Below, one piece after another: positions 1 through 11,584 of a stretch of DNA of 44,819 bases (its first letter is position 1; every line of letters starts with the position of its first letter). The position numbers were made by a program, and so were the translations under genes. Below the pieces are notes generated by a model. That model was not told the origin of the DNA. It saw only the letters and a program-made list of their open reading frames with translations, and searched no databases. The stretch spans positions 3,188,834 to 3,233,652 of the forward strand of contig NC_057759.1 of the NCBI RefSeq assembly GCF_004010195.1, read 5' to 3'. The DNA comes from Chiloscyllium plagiosum. Lineage: Eukaryota.

Positions 1-216
1 TGTATTCCGTGTATGGAATGAGCTGGCAAAGGAAGTGGTAGAGGCGAGTGCAATTGCAAAACTTAGAAGGTATCTGGACGAATATATGAATAGGAAGGAT
101 TTCGAGCATTATGCTTGTAAATGGACCTAGATTTTTATAGGCTACCTGATCGGCATAATTAAGTTGGATGGAATGGTCTATTTCCGTGCTTTACATCTTT
201 ATGACTGCATGATTCC
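1..216 (+). mobile_element. CR1-clade LINE, 3' end (runs off left edge)
   Basis: Encodes a decayed ORF2 C-terminus (RVWNELAKEVVEASAIAKLRRYLDEYMNRK), followed by a CR1-type 3' UTR ending in an ATGACT/ATGATT tail. Similar to the copy ending at 13497. Confidence 0.8.
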
Positions 217-418
217 ATTACATCCATTCGTCAACGGTAATTGATTCTTTAAACTTCTCCATTTTCGTCTCCCACTCTGTTATGACAGAAAACTCTATAT
301 TCAGGAATATTGAGCTGTCAATTTTGCCTCTCATTTTGCTAGAGTTATAGCAAGCGTATAATGTAACCAAACGTCTATCAGTGTCCTTAATGAGTCTGGC
401 ATGTATACAATATTCAGT

Positions 419-577
419 TAGTAACAATAATACTGCAGATGCTAGAATTCAAAGTAGACAGGCAGAAGGACAGAATAACACAGCAAGCCAGCACCATCAG
501 GAAATGGAGAAGTCGATGTTTCTTGTGTAACAGTTCTTCAGGATTCAAGTGTTCTTCCAGCCTCCTGCCTGTCATCT
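419..577. mobile_element. Short fold-back Penelope pLTR-derived insertion (old)
   Basis: ACTGCAGATGCT terminus. Inverted arms at about 456-481 and 549-574. Decayed hammerhead on the minus strand at 511-543 (CTGAAGA...GAAACATC). Degenerate direct repeat at 402-418 and 578-594 (14/17 match). Confidence 0.65.
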
Positions 578-1186
578 TGTTTACAATAATCATTCCATTG
601 AATTATAAACCGTTCAACCATGTCAATTTCCTTTCTTGGACGCTTTCTAAACCCGTTTTGTTTGACTTTCTATATCACTGAACACATCACTATTAGGGCT
701 GGGAAGAAATGGGGAGCACAAAATTCCTGACAGCTTCTCACAGTTAATGCAGCAGAATATGATTGAAAGTGATTAGAAAGCTTGGGTAAATATTTGATTT
801 CTGCTGTCTTCACAAGTTGCAACAACAGTAGCTCTGTAGTTCCATAGTAATTGCACTGCAGCTGCAGTTATTTTTGCGTACGACATATAAAAGAACATTT
901 CATATTACTTTCAATTAGTGAATTTCTCTTGAATTATTTATTCCATCTGTTACAATACTAATATGACATGTTAGTTATGATCCTTCAAATAATCATTGAT
1001 ATAGATTGTGAAGCGATCATAGATTCACCTATGTAAAAAAAACACACTAAAAGCATTAGAGGAAATGATTCAATTAAAGTTATGAGAGTCTCAAGCTGTA
1101 AAGGCAGTCCTCATCACATTACAGGGAGAATTGGATGACAGGTACAGAAACTAGCAGATATTGGAATGTGGGTTGAATAAGCACAT

Positions 1187-1937
1187 TGTAAGACCGTAAG
1201 ACCATAGATCCATTAGACGTAGGAATAGAAATTAGATCTTTCAGCCCATCGAGTCTGCTCTGCCATTCTATTACGGCTGAAAATTTCTCAATTCTGTTCG
1301 CCTGCTTTCTCCCCAAGCCCTTGATTTCTTTGACAATCAATAACTTATCTGTTACAGTCTTGTTTATATTCCATAGATTCGTTACTCTCTGGCTGAAGAT
1401 GTTTCTCCTAAACCGTCTTCCTTTTACTCGAAGGCTGTGCCCTCGGGTCCTAGTCTTTAATATCAATGGAACTATCTTCTCAACATTCACTCTATCCAGG
1501 CCTTTCAGTATTCTGGAAGTTTCAATTGGACCACGCCTCCCACCTGAACCTTCTAAACTCCATCCAGTATTGACCCAGAGTCCTAAACTTTCTTCATATG
1601 TTCAGTTTTTCATTCTTAGGACCATCATCGTGAACTTCCTCTGAACATGCTTCAGGGCTAGGACATTCTTCCTGTTATATGGGGTACAAAACTGCACACA
1701 ATACTCCCAATGTGGTCTGACCATAGCCTTTTTGAGGCTCAAAAGTAAATCACTGCTTTTATATTTAAGTCTGTTCAAAATAAATGACGGTATTGCATTT
1801 GCCTCCCGAACTACTGACACAACTTGGAAGTTGACCTTGAGAGAATCCTACACTAGAACTCCCAAGTCTCTTTGCACTTCAGATTTCGGAATTCTCTCCT
1901 CGTTTAGAAAATAGTCAATGCATCTATTCTTCTTACA
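1187..1937 (-). mobile_element. CR1 LINE 3' fragment
   Basis: ORFs 1602..1820 (MVRPHWEYCVQFCTPY...VQRKFT) and 1119..1490 (RTRGHSLRVKGRRFRRNIFSQRVTNLWN) match CR1 ORF2 C-terminal motifs. Tandem tail GTAAGACC at about 1187-1208. Confidence 0.9.
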
Positions 1938-2179
1938 CCTAAGGATAAAGACAAACTTGTCCAATAAATGCAGTGAGAAAGAAACTGCTCTCAACTCATT
2001 AGTTGAATAATTCCAACATTACCCATTCATAACCGCATAACTTTGTTGAACTTGATGTTACAACAATTAGTACAAATCAAGATTGTTTCATATGTTTTGT
2101 ACTGGGCTCATTAAGGAATTTAAAAGATTTTTATGTGATAGGCAAGTATCCAAACAATTGACAGTTAACACTGTGCCTA

Positions 2180-4531
2180 GGAGAAATTGAGGACTGCAGA
2201 TGCTGGAGATCAGAGTCAGAAAGAGTGGTGTTGGAATAGAACAGCAGGTCAGGTAGCATCCGAGAAGCGGTAGAGTCGACATTTCGGGCATTAGGCGGGA
2301 GCGTGGTGTTGGAAAAAGCACAGCGGGTCAGGCAGCATCCGAGGAACAGGACAATCCACGTTTTAGGCATAAGAATTTATCAGGAATGACTCTTGTGGGA
2401 CTGGGAGGTGGATAAGTGATAAATGGGAGGTTGGTGGGTTTCGGGTAAAGGTAGCTGAGAATGTGATAGGTCGATGAAGGTAGGGAGAAGGTGATAGGTC
2501 AGAGAGAAGGGTGGAGTGGATGGATGGGAAGGGTGATAGACAGCTCAACAGAGTGGTGCCGAGGTAGAGGCTTGGGACTGGAATAAGGGAGGAGGAGGGG
2601 AAATGAGGAAACTGGCGAAATCCACATTAATTCCGTGTGGTTGCAGGATCCCAAGGCGGAAGATGAGACGTTCTTGCTCCAAACGTCGGGTGGTAATGAT
2701 TTGGCAATGGAGAAGGCACAAGGCCTGCATGTCCTTGGCGGAGTGGGAGTGACAGTTGAAGTGTTCAGCTGCGGAGAGGTAGGGTTGGTTGGTGAGGGTG
2801 ACCCAGAGATGATCTCTGAAATTTTGGTAAGTTGGTGTTCTGTATCCCCAATGTAAAGGGCACCACATTGGGTGCAATTCTACCTTGGAACTGGAGGGCA
2901 TCGTCGACGACGTGGGAAGGGAGACTGTGGTCTTGGAAGAAAGAGGCAATCTGGGATTTTCGAAGGTGGAATCGATTATCCTGCAAACTGATGCGGCAGA
3001 GACGGAGGGATTTTGAATCAGGGATGGCGTTTTTATAGGAGGTAGGGTGGAATGAGGTGTAGTCTAAGTAGCTAGGTCAGTCGATGGGTTTGTAGTTGAT
3101 GCCCATGTTTAGTCCGTCACCAGAGATGGAGATGGGGAGGTCCAGGAAGGTGAGGGATGTGCCTGAGATGGTCCAGGTGAATGTGACGTCGAGGTGAAAG
3201 GTGTTAGTGAAGTTCAACCTTCTCGTGGGAGCATGAGATGGCACCGATACAGTCATCGATGTAATGGAGGAGCAGATGGGGGCGTGTGTGGTGCCCATGT
3301 AACTATTGAAGATGACTGTTTCACGTTGCCGACAAAGACGAAGGCATCCTTGGACCCATGCAGGTGTCCATAGGTACCCAGTTGGTTTGGAGGAAGTGGG
3401 AGGATTGGAAGAAGAAGTTGTTAAGGGCGAAGACAGGTTCAGCCAGGCAGCTGCGGGAGTGAGTGGAAGGGTATATTTGGAATTGAGCGAGATGAACAAA
3501 CAGAAGGCTTGGAGGCCTTTGTCATGGCCGATAGTTGCCCACTAGTGAAGATGAGGCGTTGGGGTCTGAGGAAACGAAAGTCTTGGACGAACTGAAGTGT
3601 ATGAATAGTGTCCCGAGCATAGGTGGCGAGTTCCTGGACTAAGGGGGAACAGCACACGGTGACAAGATATGCAGAGAGGAGTTCAGTGGGACACAAGCTG
3701 GCTGAGACCATGGACCAAAAGGGGAAGTCAGGTTTGTGAATCTTTGGTAAGAGGTAGAATCGGCAGTGCTGTGTTCATGGACAATGAGTTTGGAGGCTAT
3801 GGATGGCAGATCGCCAGAGGAGATGAATTCGTGGATGATCTGGGAGATGATGGTTTGGTGATGGAGGGTGAGGTCATGGTCGATGGGTCAGAAGGAGGAA
3901 GTGTTTGCAAGTTGGTGCCTGGCTTCAGTGGTCAGTGCGCCAAACTACCACTGCACCACATCACCTCCCCGCCCTATTTGCAGGTTTGATGGTGAGGTTG
4001 GGTTTGGAGTGGAGAGAGTGGAGGGCTGCAAGTTGTGAGTGTGGGAGGTTAGAATGGGAGAGGGGTGTGAACAGGTTGAGGTTGCCGATGTCATGGAGCC
4101 TGTCAGAAATGAAAAGATCAAGTACATGTAATTGGGCAGTTCAGCGTGTCCAGGTGGATGGGGTGTGATGGTCGGGAGAGGCAGGTTCCTTGGTGGCTGG
4201 GCGGGATTCTTGATTGAAAAGGTGGGCCTGAAGGCAGAGGCATGGAAGTAATGTTCAAGGTCACGATGCATATCAAACTAATTAATCTGTGAGCATAGAG
4301 GTATGAAGGTGAAGCCTTTTCTGAGGACTAAACATTCATCCTCAATGAGGGGGAGGTCTGTGGGAAGAGTAAAGAAACGGCAGGACTGGGATCTAGGACC
4401 TGGGATAGGACTGGAGCTGGGTGTGGTGACGAAGATAGTCCCTTGGGTGGGCGCGATTATAGGGTCAAGAGTGACTTCCAGCACCACACCGTCGACTCTG
4501 AGCTCCAGCATCTATGGTCCTCACTTCCTCC
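2180..4531 (-). mobile_element. Penelope-like retroelement (Neptune-type), decayed, near full-length ORF
   Basis: N-terminal LVLRKGFTFIP (4278..4511), RT thumb FTWTISGTSLTFLDLPISI..YKP (3077..3499) and GIY-YIG C-terminus EHFN..HS..DM..LEQERLIFRLGILQPHGINVDF (2545..2949). Two tandem pLTR ends at 2180-2390 and an inverted pLTR terminus at 4476-4531. Confidence 0.9.
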
Positions 4532-4532
4532 C

Positions 4533-5340
4533 AGTTGATTTCAGGCATACGCCCTTCATCAGGAATGTAAGGATGGGTGGAAGGGGCTGAGTGATAAATA
4601 GGAAGGGTTGGGTCTGTGGGGTAGGTCGCTCAAAAAGTGATAGGTGAATGCAATTGGGCGGAGGAATGGTGATAGGTCAGAACGGAGGCTAGACTGGACT
4701 GTTGACAATGAAGATTGGCGGGTAGAACAATTCAAGAGGGCATGCGAAGTTGGAGCGCTGAATCTGAGATGAGGTGGCGGGATGGGAGATGAGGACATTG
4801 CTGAAATTGATGTTGATGTGGTGTGGGTCGAAATGTGGAAGAAGAGGCATTCTTCCCCCTGTCATCGGGTAGCTAGGAATTGACTGTGAGGGAGGCCCGG
4901 GGGTTGCATTGTCATTGGCAGAGTGGGAGGGGGAGTTGAAGCAGTCAGCCACAGGGCAGCGGGGTTATCTGGTTTCACAGGCATGCTGTCTGAAACAGTC
5001 CACAAGTTGACGTCCAGTCGCTCCAATGTAGAGGAGACAACATCGAGAGCAACTGATGCAACAGATGAGGTGTTCAGATATTCAGGGAAATCTCTGGTGG
5101 ATCTGAAAGGATCCTTTGGGACCTTAGATGGAGGTGAGACAGGAAGTTTGGGTAAAGGTTTTATAGGTCTTGCAGCGGCAAGAGAAGATGTCAGGAGTTG
5201 AGGGTGTGTTGGTGGGAGGGCGGGGTCCTATCACGTTAGTCGAGGAGGGAATGAACTCTGCAGAATGCTGATGGTGTAGGGAGGGAAATATATCTCATTG
5301 GTGGGATCTGACTGTAGGTGGCAAAAATATGTGCAGTTGG
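4533..5340 (-). mobile_element. Penelope-like 3' fragment (GIY-YIG region plus pLTR)
   Basis: DCFNSPSHSAND...PHHININFSN (4689..4952). The pLTR at 4533-4566 carries a hammerhead remnant (minus strand CTGATGA-A-GGGC-GTAT-GCCT-GAAA-TC). Confidence 0.8.
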
Positions 5341-5528
5341 CAAATGTTTGGGCAAGAATGTCCTTCAATAGAGTGTCCACAGTAGAAAGCCCCAAGAAGG
5401 GAGACACGGCAGTCCGTGAAACATAATTAGGCCATGGAACATCAGGGGTTGACCACAAGCCTGTCTGTGTCTAGCTTCACAGTACTATAATTAGCTTAAT
5501 TGCAAATAGAGAAATAATTGATTAATAT

Positions 5529-5823
5529 GGGTGGCACGGTGGCCCAGTGGTTAGCACTGCTGCCTCACAGCGCCAGGGACCCGGGTTCAATTCCCGCCTC
5601 AGGCGACTGACTGTGTGGAGTTTGCACGTTCTCCCCGTATCTGCGTGGGTTTCCTCCGGGTGCTCCGGTTTCCTCCCACAGTCCAAAGATGTGCAGGTCA
5701 GGTGAATTGGCCATGCTAAATTGCCCGTAGTGTTAGGTAAGGCGTAAATGTAGGGGTATGGGTGGGTTGTGCTTCGGCGGGGCGGTGTGGACTTGTTTCC
5801 ACACTGTATGTAATCTAATCTAA
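5529..5823 (+). mobile_element. HE1-type tRNA-derived V-SINE (elasmobranch)
   Basis: Pol III A box TGGCCCAGTGG (5540-5550), B box GGTTCAATTCC (5584-5594), V-domain core GTGTGGAGTTTGCACGTTCTCCCCG...CTCCGGTTTCCTCCCACAGTCCAAAGA and a (TAATC)n tail. Confidence 0.93.
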
Positions 5824-5929
5824 AAAAATGATTGGTTTGTAAATGACTAAAGGCGGAATGAAATAAGTGCATAAAAATGTATGTTTCCTTCATTTGGTGA
5901 AGACTGCTCTGGAATTACAGAGGGTTTCT

Positions 5930-6955
5930 CCAACCGGTGTAATTTTACTAGACTTCTTGATGCGGGAAGTGAACTCCTGGGTATCCAATGAATCATTTGG
6001 TTATTCCTTCCCAACAATCGATAACTAATGTTCTACATCCCATTTCCAGAGCAGTTTATGAAACATCTAAACCTACACTTTAGTTCCCATTTCCCTGTCA
6101 TATTACCATTATAGGTCATCAACAGCACTCAAAAATGTATGGATGAGGATATTTTTCCCAACTCTTCCGAGGCACAACCCGTCAATTTTGTAGAGATCCC
6201 ATATTCCACAGAAACCAAACCAAACTTTAAGAATCTTAGCCCCACTCGTTACAGCATTTCACCAGCCAGAATATATTCTGTTCTATTCTCTTATTCCTCT
6301 CTCACTAATACTTGGCGCTGTGAATAAACCCTGAGAGGACTTCAATTGCGACCCATCATTTTAACTTCACTCCTAAATTCCAATGTTCACCTTTTAGGTT
6401 ATCATCCATTTTGTTCACCTATATCAGTGGTATCTACTACGCCCACTGGCTGTTGCCCCCTCCCCCCTTCCAGAAGATCCTGCAGAAACTCCATGTCATC
6501 CTTGACCTTTGCATCAGGTAGAGAATATACCAGCCAGGAGTCACATCCGCTCAACAGAAGTGCCTACCTGTACACTTTACCTTTGAATTCCATGTCAGTA
6601 TAGTCCTGCTGCTCGTTTCTGCACTTTCTGTTCAAATGTCTTGCCAAGAACTTGGCTGAAGCTGCTTTCCACTGATATGCCCAGCTCCCCTCATTTTCCC
6701 CTCCCCAGTACACGAAGTGGTATATGTGTTTGTGAGAAGGAGGAATGGCCACAGCGGATATCTGATATTGCTTGTTATGAAATTACTTTATCGGATAGTT
6801 ACTCATTCTGTTTCTGCGTGTGTAACCTTCTCTTGCGGTGTGATAGCTTTACCATACGTGCTATCCCCAGAATTCTCAGAATCTTGGATGCTCCACAATG
6901 TGTCTAACTGCAGCTCCAGCTCTGAAAGCCGTTAGCCAGGAACTGCACCTCGTCA
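5930..6955 (-). mobile_element. CR1 LINE 5' part (ORF1 SGNH-esterase remnant), old
   Basis: The minus strand reads as a decayed LPDAKVKDDMEFLQDLLEGG..QPV..TTDIG..NLGVKL, resembling the CR1 ORF1 esterase motif LPGARVKDV..GTNDIG. Confidence 0.65.
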
Positions 6956-6959
6956 TACA

Positions 6960-7950
6960 AAGAGTCATAGATTCAAAGAAATGTATAAAATGGGAACAGA
7001 CCCTTTGATCCAACCCGACCATGCCAACCGGATATCCTAACCTAATCTAGTCCCATTTACCAACACTTGGCTCATATACCTCTAAACACTCTAAACCCTT
7101 CCTCTTCATATACCCATCCAGATTCCTTTTAAATTCTGTAATTGTACCAGCCTCCAGTACTTCATCTGAAAGCTCACATCACGCAAACACCACCCTCTGA
7201 GTGAAAAAGTTGCCCATTAGTTACCTTTTATATATTTTGCCCCTCATCCTAAGTTATGCCCTATTGTTCTCTACTCTCGCACCTCAGGCAAAATACTTTT
7301 TTCTATTCATCCTATACGATTCCCACTTTTTTTGATAAACCTCTATATGTTCACCCCTCAGCCTATGACACTCCAGAGAAAACAGCCCCAGGCTATTCTG
7401 CGACTCCCTAGAGCTCAAATCCTCCAACCCTGGCAACATCCTTGTAAATCTTTTCTGAACACTTTCAAGTTTCACAACATCCTACCGATAGGAAGGATGA
7501 GAACGCAATATTCCAAAAGTGGCCAAAACAATGTTCTGCCCAGCCACAAAATGACCTCCCAACTCCTCTACTCAATACTCTGACCAATAAAGGAAAGCAT
7601 ACCAAACGCCTTTTTCACTACCCAACGTAACTACATCTCTAATTTGGAGGAACTATGAACCAGCACTCCAAGGTGTATTTGTTCAACAACACTGCCTAGG
7701 ACCTTACCATTAAGTGTATGAGTTCTGCTCTTATTTGCCTTTCCAAAATGTAGCAACACGCATTTATCTAAAAAAAACGCCATCTGCCACTCCTCCGCCC
7801 ATTGGCCCAGTTGATCAAGAAGCCATTTTACTCTGAGGTAACCTTCTTTGCTGTCCAGTACACCTCCAAATTTGGTGTCAACTGCTAACTTACTAAAAAT
7901 ACCTCCAATGTTCACACCCAAATCATTTATGTAAATGCCAAAAGGAGTGA
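6960..7950 (-). mobile_element. CR1 LINE 3' fragment
   Basis: ORFs 7631..7921 (SKLAVDTKFGGV..QWAEEWQMAF..KCVLLHFG) and 7284..7475 (KLESVQKRFTRMLPGL..LGLFSLE..RLRG). GAGTCATAGA tail at about 6961. Confidence 0.92.
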
Positions 7951-7994
7951 CTGTAGATATTCAATAACCCACTGACATTTCAGCAGTTTGCAAG

Positions 7995-8945
7995 GTTGCC
8001 AACATCTCCCCAGTGTGAAGTGACTGATGTAGAAATGTGGGTTGGGGGCGGGGGTTGCTCACCTGAACTCAATTCTACAGAAAGAGCATCTGAATGGACT
8101 CAGGTCTATGTAAACTTGAGGATGACATGTCAGCTCCCAAAAAGACTTGGCGAACACTTCCCACAGATTGGACATTGAAAAGTTTATCGCCAGTGTAAAT
8201 CCAAGAGTTTCTCTGTTAGCTGGATGACTGAGTGAATTATTTTCCACATTCAGCATGTAAGAAAATCCTTCCCACGATATATTCACTGGTGTTTCAGCAG
8301 GCTGGACGACCGAGTGAATATGTCTCACACTTGGCACAGGTTACCAGCCTTTCCCTAGTGTTAACTGTCCACAAATTGGTCGATTCAGTGAATCTTCGAG
8401 GAGAAAGTGAGGACTGCAGATGCTGGAGATCAGAGCCGAAAATGTGTTAAGAAGAAGGGCTCATGCCCGAAACGTCGATTCTCCTGCTCCTTGGATGCTG
8501 CCTGACCTGCTGCACTTTTCCAGCAACACATTTTCGATTCAGTGAATCCCCACACTCAGATTCTACAGTGGGTCGGGTGGTGTACAGTGAGTTCAGATAA
8601 ACGCCTGAACTCTGCCCTGCAGGGTGGACTGGTAAAAAGCCTCTCATATCTGTGAACTCACTCGTCTGTAAACAAGTGAATGAGTCAGAAAATCCCCTAT
8701 TCACACCAGGACCTAGTGAATGGCCTGTGTGAATTCATTGATTCGTCTGGAGGCTGGATGCCAAGGTGAATCTTTTCCCAAATACACAATAGATAAACGC
8801 CCTCTCCCCAGTGTGACACGCTGATGTTTTCGCAGGTTGGAGAGATTAGTAATCCCTGCCTAAATTAATCTAAATTAATCCCTTGCCACATTCAAAGTAC
8901 GAGAATGGCTTTTCCCCAGCATGAATATGCTGATGCATTTCCAGT
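7995..8945 (-). pseudogene. Decayed tandem C2H2 zinc-finger gene
   Basis: The minus strand reads LEMHQHIHAGEKPFSYFECGKG, then LSNLRKHQR/HTGERAFIYCVFGKRFTLASSLQTNQ*IHT, ...PFRCSFCRIEF and HQSLHTGE. These are repeated HTGEKPF-type linkers with lost Cys residues, stops, frameshifts and a TE insertion at 8395-8533. Confidence 0.85.
8395..8533. mobile_element. Short fold-back Penelope pLTR-derived insertion
   Basis: Minus-oriented pLTR terminus (GAGAAAGTGAGGACTGCAGATGCTGG) joined to a plus-oriented arm beginning GAAGAAGGGCTCATGCCCGAAACGTC. Exact 15-bp direct repeat TCGATTCAGTGAATC at 8380-8394 and 8534-8548. Confidence 0.88.
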
Positions 8946-8989
8946 TCATTTCAATAAATGAACTTTAATTTTCCTCACTAATCTCTTGT

Positions 8990-10780
8990 TTTGAACCTTC
9001 TCAAAAGCCATTTGAAAGTCCAAAAACACAACATCTATCGATTCACGCTTGAGCTGAAAAATGTATTGCTGGAAAAGCGCAACAGGTCAGGCAGCATCCA
9101 AGGAGCAAGAGAATCGACTTCTTCATGGCTTGTCGACTCTAGTGGTCACATCTTCAAAACATTCCAGAGGATTTGTCAAGCTTGATTTATATTGAGTGTA
9201 GTCATGCTTACTTGGACTGATGCTGTCAATGCTTTTCAAATCCTCAATTATGACTTTCTTAATAATTGAGTAACATTTTCACCACCACCGATGTCAGCTC
9301 CCCGTATTCTCTTCAAAAAATTGGATTATATTATCTACCCTCCTGTCCATTGAAACTCTTCCAGACTTTTAAAACAATGAAAAATTATCAATAATGTATC
9401 TGCTTTTTCTAGAACCATTTCGTTAAGTACTCTGAGATGCAAAGCATCGGGCCCCGGGATGTTGTCAGATTTTAATCCCATCAATTTCCCCAAACCACTT
9501 CCTGAATAATAAGGATTTCCTCAGATTCCTCCATTCTTGACCCTCTGTCCTCGAACATGGATGGAAGGTTTTTTTTTTATTTTGTTCCAAGTGAAGTCAG
9601 ATTCAAACAATTTGTTTAACTGGTTCTGCCATCTTTCTGTTGTCCATTAAGAATTCACCTGATTCAAACTATCAGGGAGAAACATTTGTCAGCGGCAGTC
9701 CTTTAATCTTAACATAACCATAGAACCTTTTGCAGTCAGGTTTTTTATGTTTTCTAGAAGCTAACTTGCACACTCTGTTTCTCTTTCCAAATTAATCACT
9801 ACGTCCTCCTCTGCTGAATTTTAAATTCCTCCCAGTCCTCAGGTTTGCTGTTTTCTCTGGACAATTTAAATATGTCCTCTTTGGATTTAACACCCTCCCT
9901 GATTTCTTCTGCTAAGCATCGTTGGGGCACCATGATTTAAACTGAGCCAGACAGAAATGTGCAATTGTTAAAGTTCATCCATGCATTCTTTAAGTATCTG
10001 CTATTGCTTATCCAACACCAATCCCTTGGCCAGTTTATCCCAGCCACCATACCATCAAAGTTAGCTTTATGTTCAGGACGCTAGTTTCAGATTTAAGTGT
10101 GTCATTGTCCATATTAGTGAAGAATTCTACCATTTTGAGGTCACTCTTCCCCGAAGCATCTTGCACTAAAATGTTGCCAATTAATCCTCTTTCACTTCAC
10201 ATAGCCAGTCTGGGATGGCTTAGTCGCAGTCGGTTCCTTGACATATTGATTGAGGAAATCATATTTCATACAGTCCAAAAAATCCTCCTCCATCGCATTG
10301 GTACGAGTTTGCTTCGTCCAATTAATACGTAGATGGAGGTCATCTAAAATAACTGCTGTACATTTACTGCGTGCAATTCTAATTTCCTGTTCGAAACAAT
10401 CCTCAAAATGACAACTACTCTTTGGTGGTCTGTATACAACTCCCACTAATGTATTTTTCCTTTAAGCATTCCACTGCTCCATCCAAACAGATTGCACATC
10501 ATCCAGGCTGATGTCTTCCCTTACTGTTGTAATATCCTCCATAACTAGCAACGCTACCCCAACTACCTTTCCGTTATGTCTATCTTTACAGAAAATTGAA
10601 CAACTGCGAAAGTTGAGTTCCCACCCTTGGTCATCCTGGAGCCAGGTCTCTGTGATCTCAATTACAACATATCCATTAATAACTGTTTGCGTAGTTACTT
10701 CATCCAATTTATTACAAATGTTCCTCGCATTGAGACCCAGAACCTTGAAGTTCATTTTTTTAATGGCATTTGTTGCCCTC
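8990..10780 (-). mobile_element. CR1 LINE ORF2 fragment (APE endonuclease to start of RT)
   Basis: LNARNICNKLDE..ITETWLQDDQGWELN..GVALLV (10462..10755), GVVYRPPKS..FLNQYVKEPT (10192..10446) and a DVVFLDFQMAFEKV-like RT motif near 8995-9040. Confidence 0.88.
9051..9125 (-). mobile_element. Penelope pLTR fragment inserted in CR1
   Basis: GCTGGAAAAGCGCAACAGGTCAGGCAGCATCCAAGGAGCAAGAGAATCGAC matches the pLTR family at 8451-8533. Hammerhead stem II and GAAAC are deleted (TGAAGAA joined to GTCGATT). Confidence 0.75.
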
Positions 10781-11584
10781 GTCGACTTATGATGTAATAT
10801 GCCCCTTTTTGATTTTGATTTTTGTTTCCCGGTTAAAATTATTAAAGTTTACGCTATCGCAAGCGATAGAAAGTTGTGGATTTAAGAATAGAACACACGA
10901 AGTGAGAGACAGAAGGAAAAGCTGGGCAAAGCCAGTCTTAGATGTGAGAAGTACTGCTGCAGCCTCACCATCAGCACCCACAGTACGACAGGAAGAAACA
11001 CTGGCAGACCAATTCAACAGTGCGTGCAAGAATTCCATCTACCACTAATGGCGAGAGCTCAAAGTTAAGTTTCATTGATTCTGGTACTTAGAAAATAATG
11101 AATAGAAGGAATGTCGAGAGATTGTTTTTCGAGCAAAAACTTACATCACCAGAGCAAAGGCAGGTTCAGAGTATTAAAAATGTCGGAAGCCGTTCAGTGT
11201 GAGTTAAAGAGAGTTTGACAACGAGTTAAAATGTTAGCTCGTCCAAATAATAAGGCAACGTTCTTCTGTGAACCCAAGAGCACAATCATGGTTAAGATGT
11301 GTTGCTCAGAGACTCTTTCAACTTGCATCCATGCTTATTCTGTATTCCTCCTTTTTAAACGAAAGGAACTATTTTACATCACTCTGCGTTGACCTACATT
11401 TACCGTACTTACAAAACTACCTGTGATATTCCTGCTCCTTCCTCACAGTGAGTTTTAACGAGGGCAGAAGGACATTGGCATCACTTCAAACATAATAATA
11501 GGTCCATGGAAGCTGGAGATGGTAAAGTAAACACAACGTTGCTAGGGTGCTTTACAGCTGGAAATGTTATTATCTGAGCAAAAC

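Noticed and set aside
2180..4531. DNA transposon with terminal inverted repeats
   Set aside because: The interior encodes RT and GIY-YIG remnants rather than a transposase, and the inverted ends are Penelope pLTR termini.
5529..5600. tRNA gene (also 22890-22960 and 26474-26525)
   Set aside because: The A/B boxes belong to SINE heads that run into a V-SINE core or are truncated. No complete cloverleaf is present.
10854..10869. Terminator-like hairpin CTATCGC-AA-GCGATAG
   Set aside because: A 7-bp stem is expected by chance in 45 kb, and intrinsic terminators are irrelevant in this eukaryotic context.
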